DNA from: an uncultured Rhodohalobacter sp.
GTDB taxonomy: Bacteria > Bacteroidota > Rhodothermia > Balneolales > Balneolaceae
Assembly (NCBI GenBank): GCA_964401805.1
Contig: CAYNZY010000007.1
Location: 20,982 to 84,981 of the forward strand
Reading direction: 5' to 3'
DNA: 64,000 nucleotides
This document shows positions 22,255 to 33,308 of this stretch, piece by piece. The notes beneath the pieces were generated by a model. That model was not told the origin of the DNA, did not search any database, and saw nothing but the letters and a program-made list of their open reading frames with translations. A program made the translations under genes and the position numbers. Positions within the stretch are counted from its first letter, which is position 1. The number at the start of each line of letters is the position of its first letter.

Positions 22255-23679
22255 ATGTCTATTCATCTTAAACATTTCCTTCTTTTTTCAGTTCTTTCCA
22301 TTGGATTCTTGATGTCGGGGTGCGTACGATCATCAAATCCTGATGTTGAGAGGGGCTCTCTTTTTCAGTTTCAAGCCGGCTATCCAGAAGTTCGAAGTTC
22401 ATCCATTGGTTTGTTGAGTGAAACCGATCAGCCACTTATTGATATTACGACAGAAGTTGTTTTGGGAAGCCTTATTTACAGCACTAAAGATGATAGAAGA
22501 GTTGCCAATGTAAGTCTGGAAATCCGAATTTTACAGGAAGATGGAGATTTCACAAAAACGGTGAACCGGGAATTTGAAATTGAATCAGAATTTGAAGGAT
22601 CTTTTATAAGCCAGGAAGTATTTACCAGTAATGAAGTGATTGAAGTTGTCCCCGGTACTTTTGAAGTAAACATAACCGTACTTGATCAATCATCGGGTCG
22701 AGCTTCCAACAGAACCAATCAGGCTACTATTCCTGATCCCGATGATCCGCAGATCAATCTTACCACTATCCGGTTGCTTGGGAAAAATCTTGAACTGTCT
22801 CAAAATCAGTTTAATCCCATTACTACGTACACCGTCCCATCTAAAATCGATAGTCTTAAACTGGACTTTCAGGTAACAAACAACGATTTAGATGATCCTC
22901 TTACCATCAATGCCCGTCTGATTGAATATCCGGCTGACACGTCCTATGCCCGGCCGATGAACTTCAATAATTACAGCCCATCATCCCTTCCCTATATCGG
23001 AGTAGATATGAGGCGAGCCGAGGAGATCGATACCAATGTTAGAAGGTTGGATCAACCGGGAAGTGTACTCATTGAATTTAAATATCCATTACTGGATCGC
23101 GGCACCTATCGTTTTGAAGTTGAGACTACGGATCAGGATGGTGAAACAATCTACCGGGCAAGAGACTTTTCTGTGGTAAGTGAAAACTATCCCTCGATAA
23201 TGACGGCCCGAGAGCTTGCTGAACCATTAATATACCTTATGGATCGGCGCGACCATGAGCGTATGATGGAGATTCAGAATCCTGACTCTCTGAAAGAAGC
23301 TGTTGACCGTTTTTGGCTGTCCAATGTTCAGAATATGAACGAGGCCAGATCTGTCATCAATCTTTATTATGAGCGAGTGGAGCAGGCCAACAAGCAGTTT
23401 ACTACTTTCAAAGAGGGTTGGAAAACCGACATGGGGATGATTTACATTTTATTTGGCCCACCATGGTATGTTGATCGATATCTAAATACGATGGAATGGT
23501 CTTATTCTTACGACAGGAATGATCCTGAGTACAATTTCACATTCCGCAGACCCAACCTGAAAAATGAATTTTTCCCATTCGACAACTATCTGCTTCAGCG
23601 AAATCAGGGTTATTTCAATATTCAGTATCGGCAGATCCAACTATGGCTCACCGGCGGAATACTCACCAATCGACTATAA
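22255..23679 (+). CDS. GWxTD domain lipoprotein
   Basis: Lipobox MSGC; YYERVEQANKQF...EGWKTDMGMIYILFGPP signature. Confidence 0.88.
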   Translation: MSIHLKHFLLFSVLSIGFLMSGCVRSSNPDVERGSLFQFQAGYPEVRSSSIGLLSETDQPLIDITTEVVLGSLIYSTKDDRRVANVSLEIRILQEDGDFTKTVNREFEIESEFEGSFISQEVFTSNEVIEVVPGTFEVNITVLDQSSGRASNRTNQATIPDPDDPQINLTTIRLLGKNLELSQNQFNPITTYTVPSKIDSLKLDFQVTNNDLDDPLTINARLIEYPADTSYARPMNFNNYSPSSLPYIGVDMRRAEEIDTNVRRLDQPGSVLIEFKYPLLDRGTYRFEVETTDQDGETIYRARDFSVVSENYPSIMTARELAEPLIYLMDRRDHERMMEIQNPDSLKEAVDRFWLSNVQNMNEARSVINLYYERVEQANKQFTTFKEGWKTDMGMIYILFGPPWYVDRYLNTMEWSYSYDRNDPEYNFTFRRPNLKNEFFPFDNYLLQRNQGYFNIQYRQIQLWLTGGILTNRL

Positions 23680-23795
23680 ACTTGATTGAAAAAACTTCCC
23701 ATTTCTTTTCTTGTTTAATTCTTTACCTTTTTTCAGAATAAAAGAATTTTATATTAGCTTACGATCTTAAACAATTACAATAAAAGCATCTACGC

Positions 23796-24173
23796 ATGTC
23801 TGATAAAAAAAAGGTTCTGATTGTAGAGGACGACTTAATTCTCAGCCTCTTGTATGAAAACTACATGGACAAGTTAGGATTTGAAACCGAAGGAGAGCTC
23901 GTTTATGGAAAAACAGCCATAGAGGTAGCTAAAGAAGTTGAACCGGATCTGATATTAATGGATATCTCCCTGGAAGGTGAAATGGATGGAATTGAAGCAA
24001 TGATCGAGATCCGGAAGTTTTCCTCTGTGCCAGTAATCTACATTACCGGCAATTCTGATAAAGCTCATCAGGAACGTGCCAAACAAACAAATTATGAGGA
24101 CTACTTAATCAAACCCATTGAATTCAATGAGCTTAAAGCCAGTTTGATTAAAGCAGGCGTACTATCTGAATAA
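23796..24173 (+). CDS. Single-domain response regulator
   Basis: VLIVEDD, DLILMDI (phospho-Asp), ITG, IKP; no output domain. Confidence 0.92.
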   Translation: MSDKKKVLIVEDDLILSLLYENYMDKLGFETEGELVYGKTAIEVAKEVEPDLILMDISLEGEMDGIEAMIEIRKFSSVPVIYITGNSDKAHQERAKQTNYEDYLIKPIEFNELKASLIKAGVLSE

Positions 24174-24222
24174 ACTACGCTCTCCTTAGATACATTTTAT
24201 TAACACATCAAGATTTGAAGAC

Positions 24223-26241
24223 ATGATCAAGAATTCTCTCTCCATATCAATATTTTCATTCCTCTTTCTTTTCACCATCTCCTGCGCCAGTACGGAGCAG
24301 CTGGATACCACAACAGAGCCTCAAACCAACGAATCAGAATTAACCGTTTCGGAAGTTGAACGGCCTTTACCCTATCCCATTGATGTACCAAATGCATTTT
24401 TACAAGCTGTAGAAAACGGTACAAGAAGCCTTGACGGCACACCCGGCGAAGAGTATTGGCAAAATTACTCCTCTTATACTATTTCGGCCGAGATTGACCC
24501 CGAGAGCCACACCCTTTATGGAGAATCATCCGTCGAGTATATCAATAATTCGCCCGTTGATCTGGAAGTTATTGTAGTTGAGCTCGCTCAAAATCTTCAC
24601 AAAGAGGGTACTCCAAAAAAAGAAACAACAGAGATTACCGGTGGTAAACAGCTGCAGCGAGTTAACGCAAATGGCCAGGATTTAGAAGCTATAAGCATGT
24701 TTCAGCGCTGGACTCAAAACGCCTCCGGCTACGTAATTGATGGCACACGCCTCTATATTTTTCCGGACGAAGAGCTTGCCTCTGGCAGCAGAATGAACTT
24801 CGAATTTGAATGGTCTTTTGTAATTCCTCAGCAGGGCGCTTCGGGGAGAATGGGTCGAAATCGCGATAACCTCTATTTTATTGCTTACTGGTACCCTAAG
24901 ATCGCCGTTTTTGATGATGTTTATGGCTGGATGGACGATTCCTTCCTGGGCAATGCGGAGTTTTATCATGGATTTGCGGATTACGAACTTTCAGTTACCA
25001 TGCCTAATGAATGGCTGGTAATGGGTACCGGAGAGTTTTTGAATCCGGAGGAAACACTTGCTGAAACAACTTTGGAACGTTACAATCAAGCCGGAAACAG
25101 TGACGATACGGTTATAATCGCTGATTTTGATCAGCTTTCGGATGCAACTATTCAAAATGGTTCCGAATCATTAACCTGGAAATTCTCTTCAACTCAGATA
25201 AGAGATGTCGCATTCAGCGCCACCCTTGAGTCGCGATGGGACGGTACCCGAACACCGGTTGGGGATCTGGACGGAGACGGTGAAACAGAATACTCACGAA
25301 TTAATACTTATTTCCGAGAAGCAGCACCGCTTTGGTCAGAACAAGCTGAATACGCGCAACACTCGATCTCATTTTTATCAGACTATACAAATCTTCCATA
25401 TCCCTGGGCCCATATGACATCTGTTGAAGGTGCAGGGATTATAGGTGGCGGTATGGAATTTCCAATGATGACAATAATTGGAGATTACAATAATGCCGGG
25501 GCTGTCCGACTCTACGGAGTTACCGCTCATGAGTTAGCTCATATGTGGTTTCCGATGATATTAAGTACCAATGAAAGGCGATACACCTGGATTGATGAAG
25601 GTTATACTACTTTCCATACCAATGAGGCCAATAAGGATTATTACGGTGACCGGTTCGATAACAACGACATTTTCGGAGGATATCTGCAAATTGCCGGAAC
25701 AGATCTTGAAGGCGAAATGATGAGGTGGTCCGATTTTCATTATCCGGGGCCTGCCTATGGAGTTGCATCCTATCCAAAGCCCGCGTCTGTTCTCGCAGCT
25801 CTGCGCGGAGTATTAGGAAATGAATTATTTATGGAAGCGCACCTCGAGCTGATTGATAGATGGAAATACAAACATCCATACCCTTGGGATATATTTAACA
25901 CGTTTGAAGATGTAACAGGAGAAGATTTGTCTTGGTTCTGGAGACCCTGGTATTACGAAACATGGGCTCTGGATCAGGCCGTAACCGATGTCTCATCTGA
26001 GAATAACACTTATACTATTTCAATTGAGGACATTGGAAATGTACCTATGCCTGTCCTCTTGGAGATTACGTTAGCCAACGGTGAAATAATCAATGAGCGT
26101 GTGGAAGTAGACCATTGGCTGCAGGGACACCGAACAAAAGAGTTAACCATAGATTCGAATTCTCAGGTTGTACGCGTTGAAATCGATCCTGAGAATCACT
26201 TTCCTGATGTAAATCCTTCAAATAATGTTTGGAAACGTTGA
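24223..26241 (+). CDS. M1 family metallopeptidase, lipoprotein
   Basis: Lipobox ISC, GGMEFPM exopeptidase motif, HELAH-x18-E (WIDEG) zinc site. Confidence 0.9.
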   Translation: MIKNSLSISIFSFLFLFTISCASTEQLDTTTEPQTNESELTVSEVERPLPYPIDVPNAFLQAVENGTRSLDGTPGEEYWQNYSSYTISAEIDPESHTLYGESSVEYINNSPVDLEVIVVELAQNLHKEGTPKKETTEITGGKQLQRVNANGQDLEAISMFQRWTQNASGYVIDGTRLYIFPDEELASGSRMNFEFEWSFVIPQQGASGRMGRNRDNLYFIAYWYPKIAVFDDVYGWMDDSFLGNAEFYHGFADYELSVTMPNEWLVMGTGEFLNPEETLAETTLERYNQAGNSDDTVIIADFDQLSDATIQNGSESLTWKFSSTQIRDVAFSATLESRWDGTRTPVGDLDGDGETEYSRINTYFREAAPLWSEQAEYAQHSISFLSDYTNLPYPWAHMTSVEGAGIIGGGMEFPMMTIIGDYNNAGAVRLYGVTAHELAHMWFPMILSTNERRYTWIDEGYTTFHTNEANKDYYGDRFDNNDIFGGYLQIAGTDLEGEMMRWSDFHYPGPAYGVASYPKPASVLAALRGVLGNELFMEAHLELIDRWKYKHPYPWDIFNTFEDVTGEDLSWFWRPWYYETWALDQAVTDVSSENNTYTISIEDIGNVPMPVLLEITLANGEIINERVEVDHWLQGHRTKELTIDSNSQVVRVEIDPENHFPDVNPSNNVWKR

Positions 26242-26400
26242 AATGAGTGTCAATATTAATCAATCAATTACGTTTAAAAGTCAGATCTAATCTATTACTT
26301 CCACGTATGTAGTTGTGAGGTTTGTAAAAAAGTATTTCAAACGGTGTAGAATCTGACCGATGTTCCTATTTTAGATTGACATAAAATTCAATTTCAATCC

Positions 26401-28131
26401 ATGCCTTTTTTTAACAAAATGCGTAAGCGTAATTCAGTCAGATGGCTGTTCCTCAGTTTAGGAATTGTAGCAGTGTTGGCTCTTACAGTGATGAACATCT
26501 ACTCACTCTATGCTTTACGTGAATCGACCATAGAATCTGCCAAAGACAATAAAAAAAGTCAGCTTGATGAGTTCACGTTTCAGGTAAGGCATCAATTTGG
26601 TGGTCCTTTTCGAGAACTGCGTAAACTGGATATTGAGAAACTGGAAAACAGCTGGAACGTAAGTGGGAATTTCCCTGCTCATTTTACAGACGTTTTGAGC
26701 AAAGCATCTGAAGATCCTCTCTATGATGAAATTTACTACAATCCCAGCGACTCAGATGCTTGTTACGACGAAACTCAATCTCTTTATAAGTTCGACCCCG
26801 ATTTGAAAATGTTCACCGTGGTTGATGAGGTTCCGGATCTTGTTTGTGATGGCTTTGGTATTTCAAACTCCAGGGTTAAAGCGCTTATTGATGAATATCG
26901 TTTCAATAACAAGGTTACCTTCGACGCCCACCGAAGTATGAACCTCGCCCTCATTAATTTGGATGATAAAGTTGTTATTGGTCATTTAAATTTTACGATC
27001 AATCGAGACTATCTGGTCAACGAAGTTATTGCCAAAAAACTTAAAGAACAGTTTGGTCCGACAGATAAAACCGGTATCGTTGTTTGGCTCAGAGACTGGA
27101 TACAGGATGATATTTTATCCAGCAGCGACGAACAGTACGCCTATAACCGGGATGTCTATGAAATCGATATGAGGCAGCGGTTTCCGGAAATGCTCGAAAA
27201 CTGGATTCTCCATGCATCCTTCCTGCAGTCGCCAACGGTTGCGGCCACGAATGCATCTCTGACCAGGAACTTAATTGTTCTCGGATTTGCAGTGATCGTA
27301 CTTTTTGGAGCACTCGTATTTATGTTTATTAACGCCCAGCGCGAAAGAGAGTTAGCCCAGCGTCAGGCCGGATTTTTGGCAAACATCACGCACGAACTCA
27401 AAACACCTTTAGCCGTCATGCAGGCAGCCGGCGAAAATATTTCGGATGGACGCGTAAAAGACGGACAGCGCCTGAAAAGCTACGGAGAGCATATCTACAA
27501 TGAATCCGTTCGACTGCGTAAAATGATCGAAAAACTCCTGGATGTGGCCAAAGTCGATTCAGGCCAAACCGTATTGGAACAAGCTCCACATCAACTGGAT
27601 GCATTGGTCACGGAGTTTGTCAAATCCAACAAACAATACATTCATTCGAAAGGTTTTGATTTAAATTTCAATAGCGATTCGAACCTACCGCTTGTGATGA
27701 TCGATCCGGATCATCTTGAAACGATTCTCAATAACCTGATTGAAAATGCCATCAAATACAGTTCTGAAACCAAACAGATTGACATTCAATTAAAGAAGAG
27801 CAGTGATAATGTCGAGATCTCTGTTGCCGATAAGGGAGACGGAATGGCTAAGAAAGTTCAAAAGCTAATTTTCGAAAAATTCTACCGAGTTGAAAACAGT
27901 CTCACAGCAAAAACTAAAGGTCACGGCTTGGGATTGGCCATCGTTAAAAACATGGTTGAATTAAATGGCGGCACCATTCGAGTTGAAAGTACCGAAGGCA
28001 AGGGTTCAATATTTACGGTTAGCTTCCCGGCTCTTATCAAGGGACAAGATGAGCTTGACCCAGGTTTAATGTCCCACCCTCAATCTACAGATAGTGAAAT
28101 AGAAAATATAGACTCCAAGCAATATGTCTGA
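26401..28131 (+). CDS. Sensor histidine kinase
   Basis: Two TM segments, THELKTPL H-box, NLIENAIKYS, DKGDG, GHGLGLAIV. Start could instead be ATG 26419. Confidence 0.93.
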   Translation: MPFFNKMRKRNSVRWLFLSLGIVAVLALTVMNIYSLYALRESTIESAKDNKKSQLDEFTFQVRHQFGGPFRELRKLDIEKLENSWNVSGNFPAHFTDVLSKASEDPLYDEIYYNPSDSDACYDETQSLYKFDPDLKMFTVVDEVPDLVCDGFGISNSRVKALIDEYRFNNKVTFDAHRSMNLALINLDDKVVIGHLNFTINRDYLVNEVIAKKLKEQFGPTDKTGIVVWLRDWIQDDILSSSDEQYAYNRDVYEIDMRQRFPEMLENWILHASFLQSPTVAATNASLTRNLIVLGFAVIVLFGALVFMFINAQRERELAQRQAGFLANITHELKTPLAVMQAAGENISDGRVKDGQRLKSYGEHIYNESVRLRKMIEKLLDVAKVDSGQTVLEQAPHQLDALVTEFVKSNKQYIHSKGFDLNFNSDSNLPLVMIDPDHLETILNNLIENAIKYSSETKQIDIQLKKSSDNVEISVADKGDGMAKKVQKLIFEKFYRVENSLTAKTKGHGLGLAIVKNMVELNGGTIRVESTEGKGSIFTVSFPALIKGQDELDPGLMSHPQSTDSEIENIDSKQYV

Positions 28132-28828
28132 TAAACAAAAGAAGATCGTTATCGTAGAAGATGAACCCAGCCTTGTTTTTACTCTTCAAGACACACTGGA
28201 GTCGGAAGGGTACGATGTAACTGTAGTTCAGGAAGGTGATAAGGCCATCGAAACTGTCAAAGATGTGGAACCCGATCTAATGCTCCTCGATATTATGTTG
28301 CCGGGAACAAGTGGTTACGATATTTGCAAAGAGGTACGGGAACTTAAATATACGTTCCCAATCATCATGCTTACCGCTCGCGATCAGGAAATTGATAAAG
28401 TTGCCGGATTGAATATCGGTGCAGATGACTATATGACTAAACCCTTTGGTGTAAAAGAACTTCTCGCTCGTATTAAAGCCAGGCTGCGAAGAGCCAATGC
28501 TTATACCAAGTCGGGTCCGGTTGAAATGCTAAAACTCGGCGATGTAAAAATTGACCTTAAAGAATCTAAGGTCATTAAGCCCAACGGAGTGGAGCATGAA
28601 CTCTCAACCAGGGAGGTAGAACTCATACAGTACCTGGTATCCAAGGCAAACAAACCTATATCCCGCGACGACCTGCTTGAGAATGTATGGCGTTACGAAT
28701 ATAGCACTAACACAAGAACCGTGGATGTACACATCTCTAAGTTACGCGCAAAAATTGAGATGCAGCCTGATGATCCACGCTTCCTGGTTACATTACATGG
28801 TGTGGGCTATATGTTACGCGTCAACTGA
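28124..28828 (+). CDS. OmpR/PhoB family response regulator
   Basis: Receiver domain (LLDIMLP, GADDYMTKPF) plus winged helix (RTVDVHISKLRAKIE). Overlaps the kinase stop. Confidence 0.95.
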   Translation: MSDKQKKIVIVEDEPSLVFTLQDTLESEGYDVTVVQEGDKAIETVKDVEPDLMLLDIMLPGTSGYDICKEVRELKYTFPIIMLTARDQEIDKVAGLNIGADDYMTKPFGVKELLARIKARLRRANAYTKSGPVEMLKLGDVKIDLKESKVIKPNGVEHELSTREVELIQYLVSKANKPISRDDLLENVWRYEYSTNTRTVDVHISKLRAKIEMQPDDPRFLVTLHGVGYMLRVN

Positions 28829-29377
28829 TACATCCAGGCTCTTTATCTTCTCCACGAAGTCAGGGAAGCCATCGAGTTGACTCATTAACAATTTTTGCAG
28901 TACCTCGTTTGACAGGCCTGATTCGGGGTCAAAGGAATCATTCACTCTTTGAATAAACATTCGCTCAGGATAGATATATGCTTTTCTATATTTGAGCAGT
29001 TGCTCAAATTGTTCCACAGGACGAAGGGCCCCAAATGCACCGGCAGCTTCTCCTATTAGTGAAACAGGAATCATTTCGAGAGCTTCAGGGAAAGGCAGAT
29101 AATCATAAAAGAATTTCAATACTCCCGGGAAACCTCCGTTATATTCGGGGATAACAAAAAGAATACCGTCTGCGCTTAAAAGTTCCTGGTTAAACTCCTT
29201 CACAGAATCAGGTGTATTTCCGTACTTACCTCCCACTATATCCGCAAAAGGATAGTCCATAAGAGAGAAAATCTTGGTATCTGCTTTTTTCGCCAAATGC
29301 TGCTCCACATACTTGGAAACCTTAAGCGCATTGGAGTTAGGCCTGTCAGTAGATGATAAAATGTGTATTAAGCTCAT
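28814..29377 (-). CDS. NADPH-dependent FMN reductase
   Basis: STDRPNSN, ADGILFVIPEYNGGFPGVLK, GAFGALR. Confidence 0.88.
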   Translation of the reverse strand: MSLIHILSSTDRPNSNALKVSKYVEQHLAKKADTKIFSLMDYPFADIVGGKYGNTPDSVKEFNQELLSADGILFVIPEYNGGFPGVLKFFYDYLPFPEALEMIPVSLIGEAAGAFGALRPVEQFEQLLKYRKAYIYPERMFIQRVNDSFDPESGLSNEVLQKLLMSQLDGFPDFVEKIKSLDVSVDA

Positions 29378-29731
29378 TGATTTATTCTGCTTTAATTTTT
29401 TTTACTAATGCTCACATAACACTTCAATCAGCATAATGATTCATGTCCTCAAACGACGCACAAAATTTATAATTCAGCCCCTGCCAAATTGTTTGCAAAG
29501 TGCATTATAAACGTCTGACAGTACAAAATTTTATTATTTTTTGACTTAAAAAAAGCGCTTTTCTAAACCATATAGTTAAATAATAATTGCTTAATGATTT
29601 TTTAACTTAATTTAATTTGTATAGGAAGCTATTTCACTTTATCATTTCACTATAGATTTAAGGATATAAGTTATGAACTTATAAAAGAGCTCATGTTATG
29701 GTAGACATCGAGCAATAGCTCCAATACTAAG

Positions 29732-29766
29732 AAAGCCGGAATGGATAATTCCGGCTTTTCTATTTT
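29732..29766. terminator. Hairpin terminator, potentially bidirectional
   Basis: AAAGCCGGAAT-GGATA-ATTCCGGCTTT followed by TCTATTTT, directly after the rarA stop. Confidence 0.75.
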
Positions 29767-31121
29767 CAGGACCTACCTGATTTGTCCCTTAGCATATTTA
29801 ACCTTTCCCAAAGCTTTTTCTCTCGACCTGTATTCCCGCCTTCATACCACGATCTATTTTTTAATTCATCAGGTAAGTACTGCTGATCTACCCAACTATT
29901 TGAATAGCTGTGGGGATATTTATAATCGTCTGAAGCATTTTCAACATCCAGGTACTGAGATGCGAGTTTATTCGCAGTTTTATCTTTCAGATGTTTTGGC
30001 ACCTCTCTTGTACCCTTCTCCCTGATCAGGCTGGTTGTCTCAAAAATAGCTTTTGTACTGTTGCTTTTTGCTGATAGTGATAAGAAAATCGCCGCATGCG
30101 AAAGAAAATAAAAGCCCTCCGGCATTCCTGTTTTCATAAAAGATTCATGGGCTGCGTTAACTACCGTTAATGCATACGGATCGGCCATGCCTACATCCTC
30201 TGAAGCAAAAATGAGCATTCTTCTGAAAATAAAATTGGGATCTTCCCCGCCTTCCAGCATCGCACTCATCCAATAAAGAGCTGCATTCACGTCAGACCCC
30301 CGCATAGATTTGATAAAAGCAGAAGCGTAGTGATAGTGCTCGTCTCCCGTGCGATCGTACCTTACATTCCGTTTTTGAATAGACTCTTTTGCTATATCGA
30401 GCGTAATTCGAACCACACCATCTTTGTCTTTGGCTGTAGAAAGCGCAGCCACTTCTAATGCGTTCATTGCATTTCGAACATCACCACCGGCATTCTCGGC
30501 AAAATAGTGTTTCGCTTCTTTAGAAACTTCAATCTTCAGATATCCAAGGCCTCGCTCTTCGTCTGCCAGGGCACGATTTAACATCTCCTCAACGTTGTCG
30601 CGAGTAAGGGGAAAGAGCTCAAAAAGCTGGCATCTCGAAAGCAATGGATTAACCAGCGAATAGAACGGGTTTTCAGTGGTTGCACCCACCAGTGTAATGA
30701 TACCCGACTCAAGATGCGGGAGCAGTGCGTCTTGTTGTGCCTTGTTCCATCTATGAATTTCGTCCACAAAAAGGATGGTCTTTCGGCCGTTCGCTTTCTT
30801 CTGATGCTCTGCCTTTGCCACAACATTTCGCAACTCTTTGATACCGTCCAAAACAGCGTTGATAACCTCAAAGCGTGCGTCTATTTCGTTGGAGATCACA
30901 TACGCAAGTGTGGTCTTACCTGAACTTGGAGGCCCGTAGAAAATCAAAGATCCAATTACGCCGCTCTCAATCATCCGCTGCAGCATCTTACCTTCACCAA
31001 CCAGATGTTCCTGCCCAACAAATTCATCCAATGACACCGGGCGCATTCTCGTAGCAAGCGGTTGATTTTTATTGTCCGATTTTTCTTTAGAACTACCGGA
31101 TTCATTTTCAAATAGATTCAT
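29766..31121 (-). CDS. rarA: Replication-associated recombination protein A (RarA/MgsA)
   Basis: PLATRMRP, GQEHL, GPPSSGKTT, DEIHRWNKAQQD, GATTENP, SAFIKSMRGSD, YKYPH. Confidence 0.95.
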   Translation of the reverse strand: MNLFENESGSSKEKSDNKNQPLATRMRPVSLDEFVGQEHLVGEGKMLQRMIESGVIGSLIFYGPPSSGKTTLAYVISNEIDARFEVINAVLDGIKELRNVVAKAEHQKKANGRKTILFVDEIHRWNKAQQDALLPHLESGIITLVGATTENPFYSLVNPLLSRCQLFELFPLTRDNVEEMLNRALADEERGLGYLKIEVSKEAKHYFAENAGGDVRNAMNALEVAALSTAKDKDGVVRITLDIAKESIQKRNVRYDRTGDEHYHYASAFIKSMRGSDVNAALYWMSAMLEGGEDPNFIFRRMLIFASEDVGMADPYALTVVNAAHESFMKTGMPEGFYFLSHAAIFLSLSAKSNSTKAIFETTSLIREKGTREVPKHLKDKTANKLASQYLDVENASDDYKYPHSYSNSWVDQQYLPDELKNRSWYEGGNTGREKKLWERLNMLRDKSGRS

Positions 31122-31292
31122 CTCACAGTCTTTTATAATTAGAGAAGTGCCTAAGCTTTCAAAAAATGAATGATAACGAAATTACAACGGAATTTCGCTG
31201 TATCTCGAATAGGTTATTTTAAGTGATATTCTTGCATAATGAGAAAATTCTGCTTATTGATAATGAGTACTTAAACTTAAAAAGGGAGGTAT

Positions 31293-31730
31293 ATGACAGT
31301 AAAGGATATTCTAAACCGAAAAGGCTCAACTGTTTACTCAGTGCATCCAAATGAAACTGTTTACGATGCCATAAAGAAAATGGCTGATCTGAATATAGGT
31401 GCGCTTCTCGTTCTTGATGATGGAAAAGTGAAGGGAATTGTATCCGAGCGAGACTACAGGAATAAAGTGATTCTCCAGGGAAGAACCTCTGCCTCAACAC
31501 CTGTTAAAGACATAATGGTGAAGCAGGTATTCTGTGTTAACAGTTCAGACAGCATAAATTTATGCATGCAGCTCATGACTGAAAAGAAAATTCGCCACCT
31601 ACCGGTTCTGGACAATGGAGATTTAGCCGGAATCGTCTCCATAGGCGATATCGTAAAGTCAGTGATTGAAGATCAGAAAGTAGAGATCAATTCGCTCCGT
31701 AACTACATCGCTGGAAGCTATCCGGGCTAA
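31293..31730 (+). CDS. CBS domain-pair protein
   Basis: NIGALLV, GIVSERDY, IRHLPV, GIVSIGDIVK; GGGAGG ribosome-binding site upstream. Confidence 0.92.
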   Translation: MTVKDILNRKGSTVYSVHPNETVYDAIKKMADLNIGALLVLDDGKVKGIVSERDYRNKVILQGRTSASTPVKDIMVKQVFCVNSSDSINLCMQLMTEKKIRHLPVLDNGDLAGIVSIGDIVKSVIEDQKVEINSLRNYIAGSYPG

Positions 31731-31735
31731 TTTTT

Positions 31736-33286
31736 TTAAAGCGGTAAATTATCATGCTTTTTCTTTGGCACCCGGTCTGCTTTGTTGTGGCACAATTCGA
31801 AAGCCTTTATCAGTTTATTACGGGTTTCGGACGGTAGAACCACATCATCAATAAAGCCACGCGCAGCCGCTTTATAAGGATGTGCAAACTCTTCACTGTA
31901 GCGGTCTTCCAGCTCTTTCTGCTTTTCTTCGGGGTTATCTGCTTTAGAGATTTCTCTTCTGAAGATGATTTCGACTGCACCTTTCGTACCCATAACCGCT
32001 ATTTCAGCAGTAGGCCAGGCTATGTTATAGTCGGCCCGGATATGTTTGGAGTTCATAACGTCGTAAGCGCCGCCATATGCTTTTCTGGTAATGACCGTCA
32101 TTTTGGGGACGGTTGCCTCGCAAAAAGCGTACAGCAGTTTGGCACCGTGTTTTATGATCCCTCCCCACTCCTGGTCGGTACCGGGCAGAAAGCCGGGTAC
32201 ATCTTCAAACACAACCAATGGAATATTAAACGCATCACAGAAACGCACAAACCGTGCCCCTTTCAGTGAGGCATCAATATCGAGAACTCCGGCAAGAGAG
32301 AGTGGCTGATTCGCAACAATCCCAACCGTGCGCCCATCCAGACGAGCAAAACCAACCACGATATTATCTGCATAGCGCTCGTGTACTTCATAAAAAGAGT
32401 CTTTATCCATCACCCCGTCAATAACATCTTTGATGTCGTACGGCTTGTTGGGATTGAGCGGAACCAGGTCATCCAGCGCCTCAGCCTTGGAGGAATCCGG
32501 CTCTTTTGAAGGCTTCATTGGAACTTTTTCTTCGCAGTTTTGAGGTATGTAACCAATAAGTTTTCGAATATTTTTCAAACAAACGGCGTCATTCTCTTCT
32601 GCAAAATGAGCTACTCCCGATTTAACACCATGTGCCGATGCTCCTCCAAGTTCTTCGGATGTCACCTCTTCGTGAGTAACCGTTTTCACAACATTCGGTC
32701 CGGTAACAAACATATAGCTTGTATTTTTAACCATCGATACGAAATCCGTCAGGGCAGGGCTATAAACAGCGCCACCAGCACAGGGACCCATCACTGCAGA
32801 AATCTGCGGTATTACACCTGAGGCCATCGAATTTCTCCAAAATACTTCGGCATAGCCACCCAGGGAGCTTACTCCTTCCTGAATTCTCGCTCCGCCTGAG
32901 TCATTGAGCCCAATGACGGGAACTCCATTTTTCATAGCGAGATCCATAATTTTGCAGATCTTTTCGGCATGTGTTTCAGAGAGCGAGCCGCCAAAAACGG
33001 TAAAATCCTGACTAAAGACGTAAACCGGCCTTCCATCCACTTTTCCGTATCCGGTTACAACACCGTCACCTAAAAACTGCTGATCCTCGAGCCCAAAAGC
33101 CGAACTACGGTGAGTTACAAATGCATCTATCTCTTCAAAACTGTTTTTATCGAGAAGCAGGTCGATACGCTCGCGGGCCGTAAGTTTTCCTTTATCGTGT
33201 TGTTTTTTTATCCTGGCTTCACCGCCGCCTTTTTTAGATTCTTCCCTGAATTTTAATAGCCGTTTTACTTTTTCGTTTTCAGACAT
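31736..33286 (-). CDS. pccB: Acyl-CoA carboxylase beta subunit (propionyl-CoA carboxylase)
   Basis: [62 protein letters not shown]. Confidence 0.92.
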   Translation of the reverse strand: MSENEKVKRLLKFREESKKGGGEARIKKQHDKGKLTARERIDLLLDKNSFEEIDAFVTHRSSAFGLEDQQFLGDGVVTGYGKVDGRPVYVFSQDFTVFGGSLSETHAEKICKIMDLAMKNGVPVIGLNDSGGARIQEGVSSLGGYAEVFWRNSMASGVIPQISAVMGPCAGGAVYSPALTDFVSMVKNTSYMFVTGPNVVKTVTHEEVTSEELGGASAHGVKSGVAHFAEENDAVCLKNIRKLIGYIPQNCEEKVPMKPSKEPDSSKAEALDDLVPLNPNKPYDIKDVIDGVMDKDSFYEVHERYADNIVVGFARLDGRTVGIVANQPLSLAGVLDIDASLKGARFVRFCDAFNIPLVVFEDVPGFLPGTDQEWGGIIKHGAKLLYAFCEATVPKMTVITRKAYGGAYDVMNSKHIRADYNIAWPTAEIAVMGTKGAVEIIFRREISKADNPEEKQKELEDRYSEEFAHPYKAAARGFIDDVVLPSETRNKLIKAFELCHNKADRVPKKKHDNLPL

Positions 33287-33308
33287 CCTATGCAGTTAAA
33301 TATTCTTT

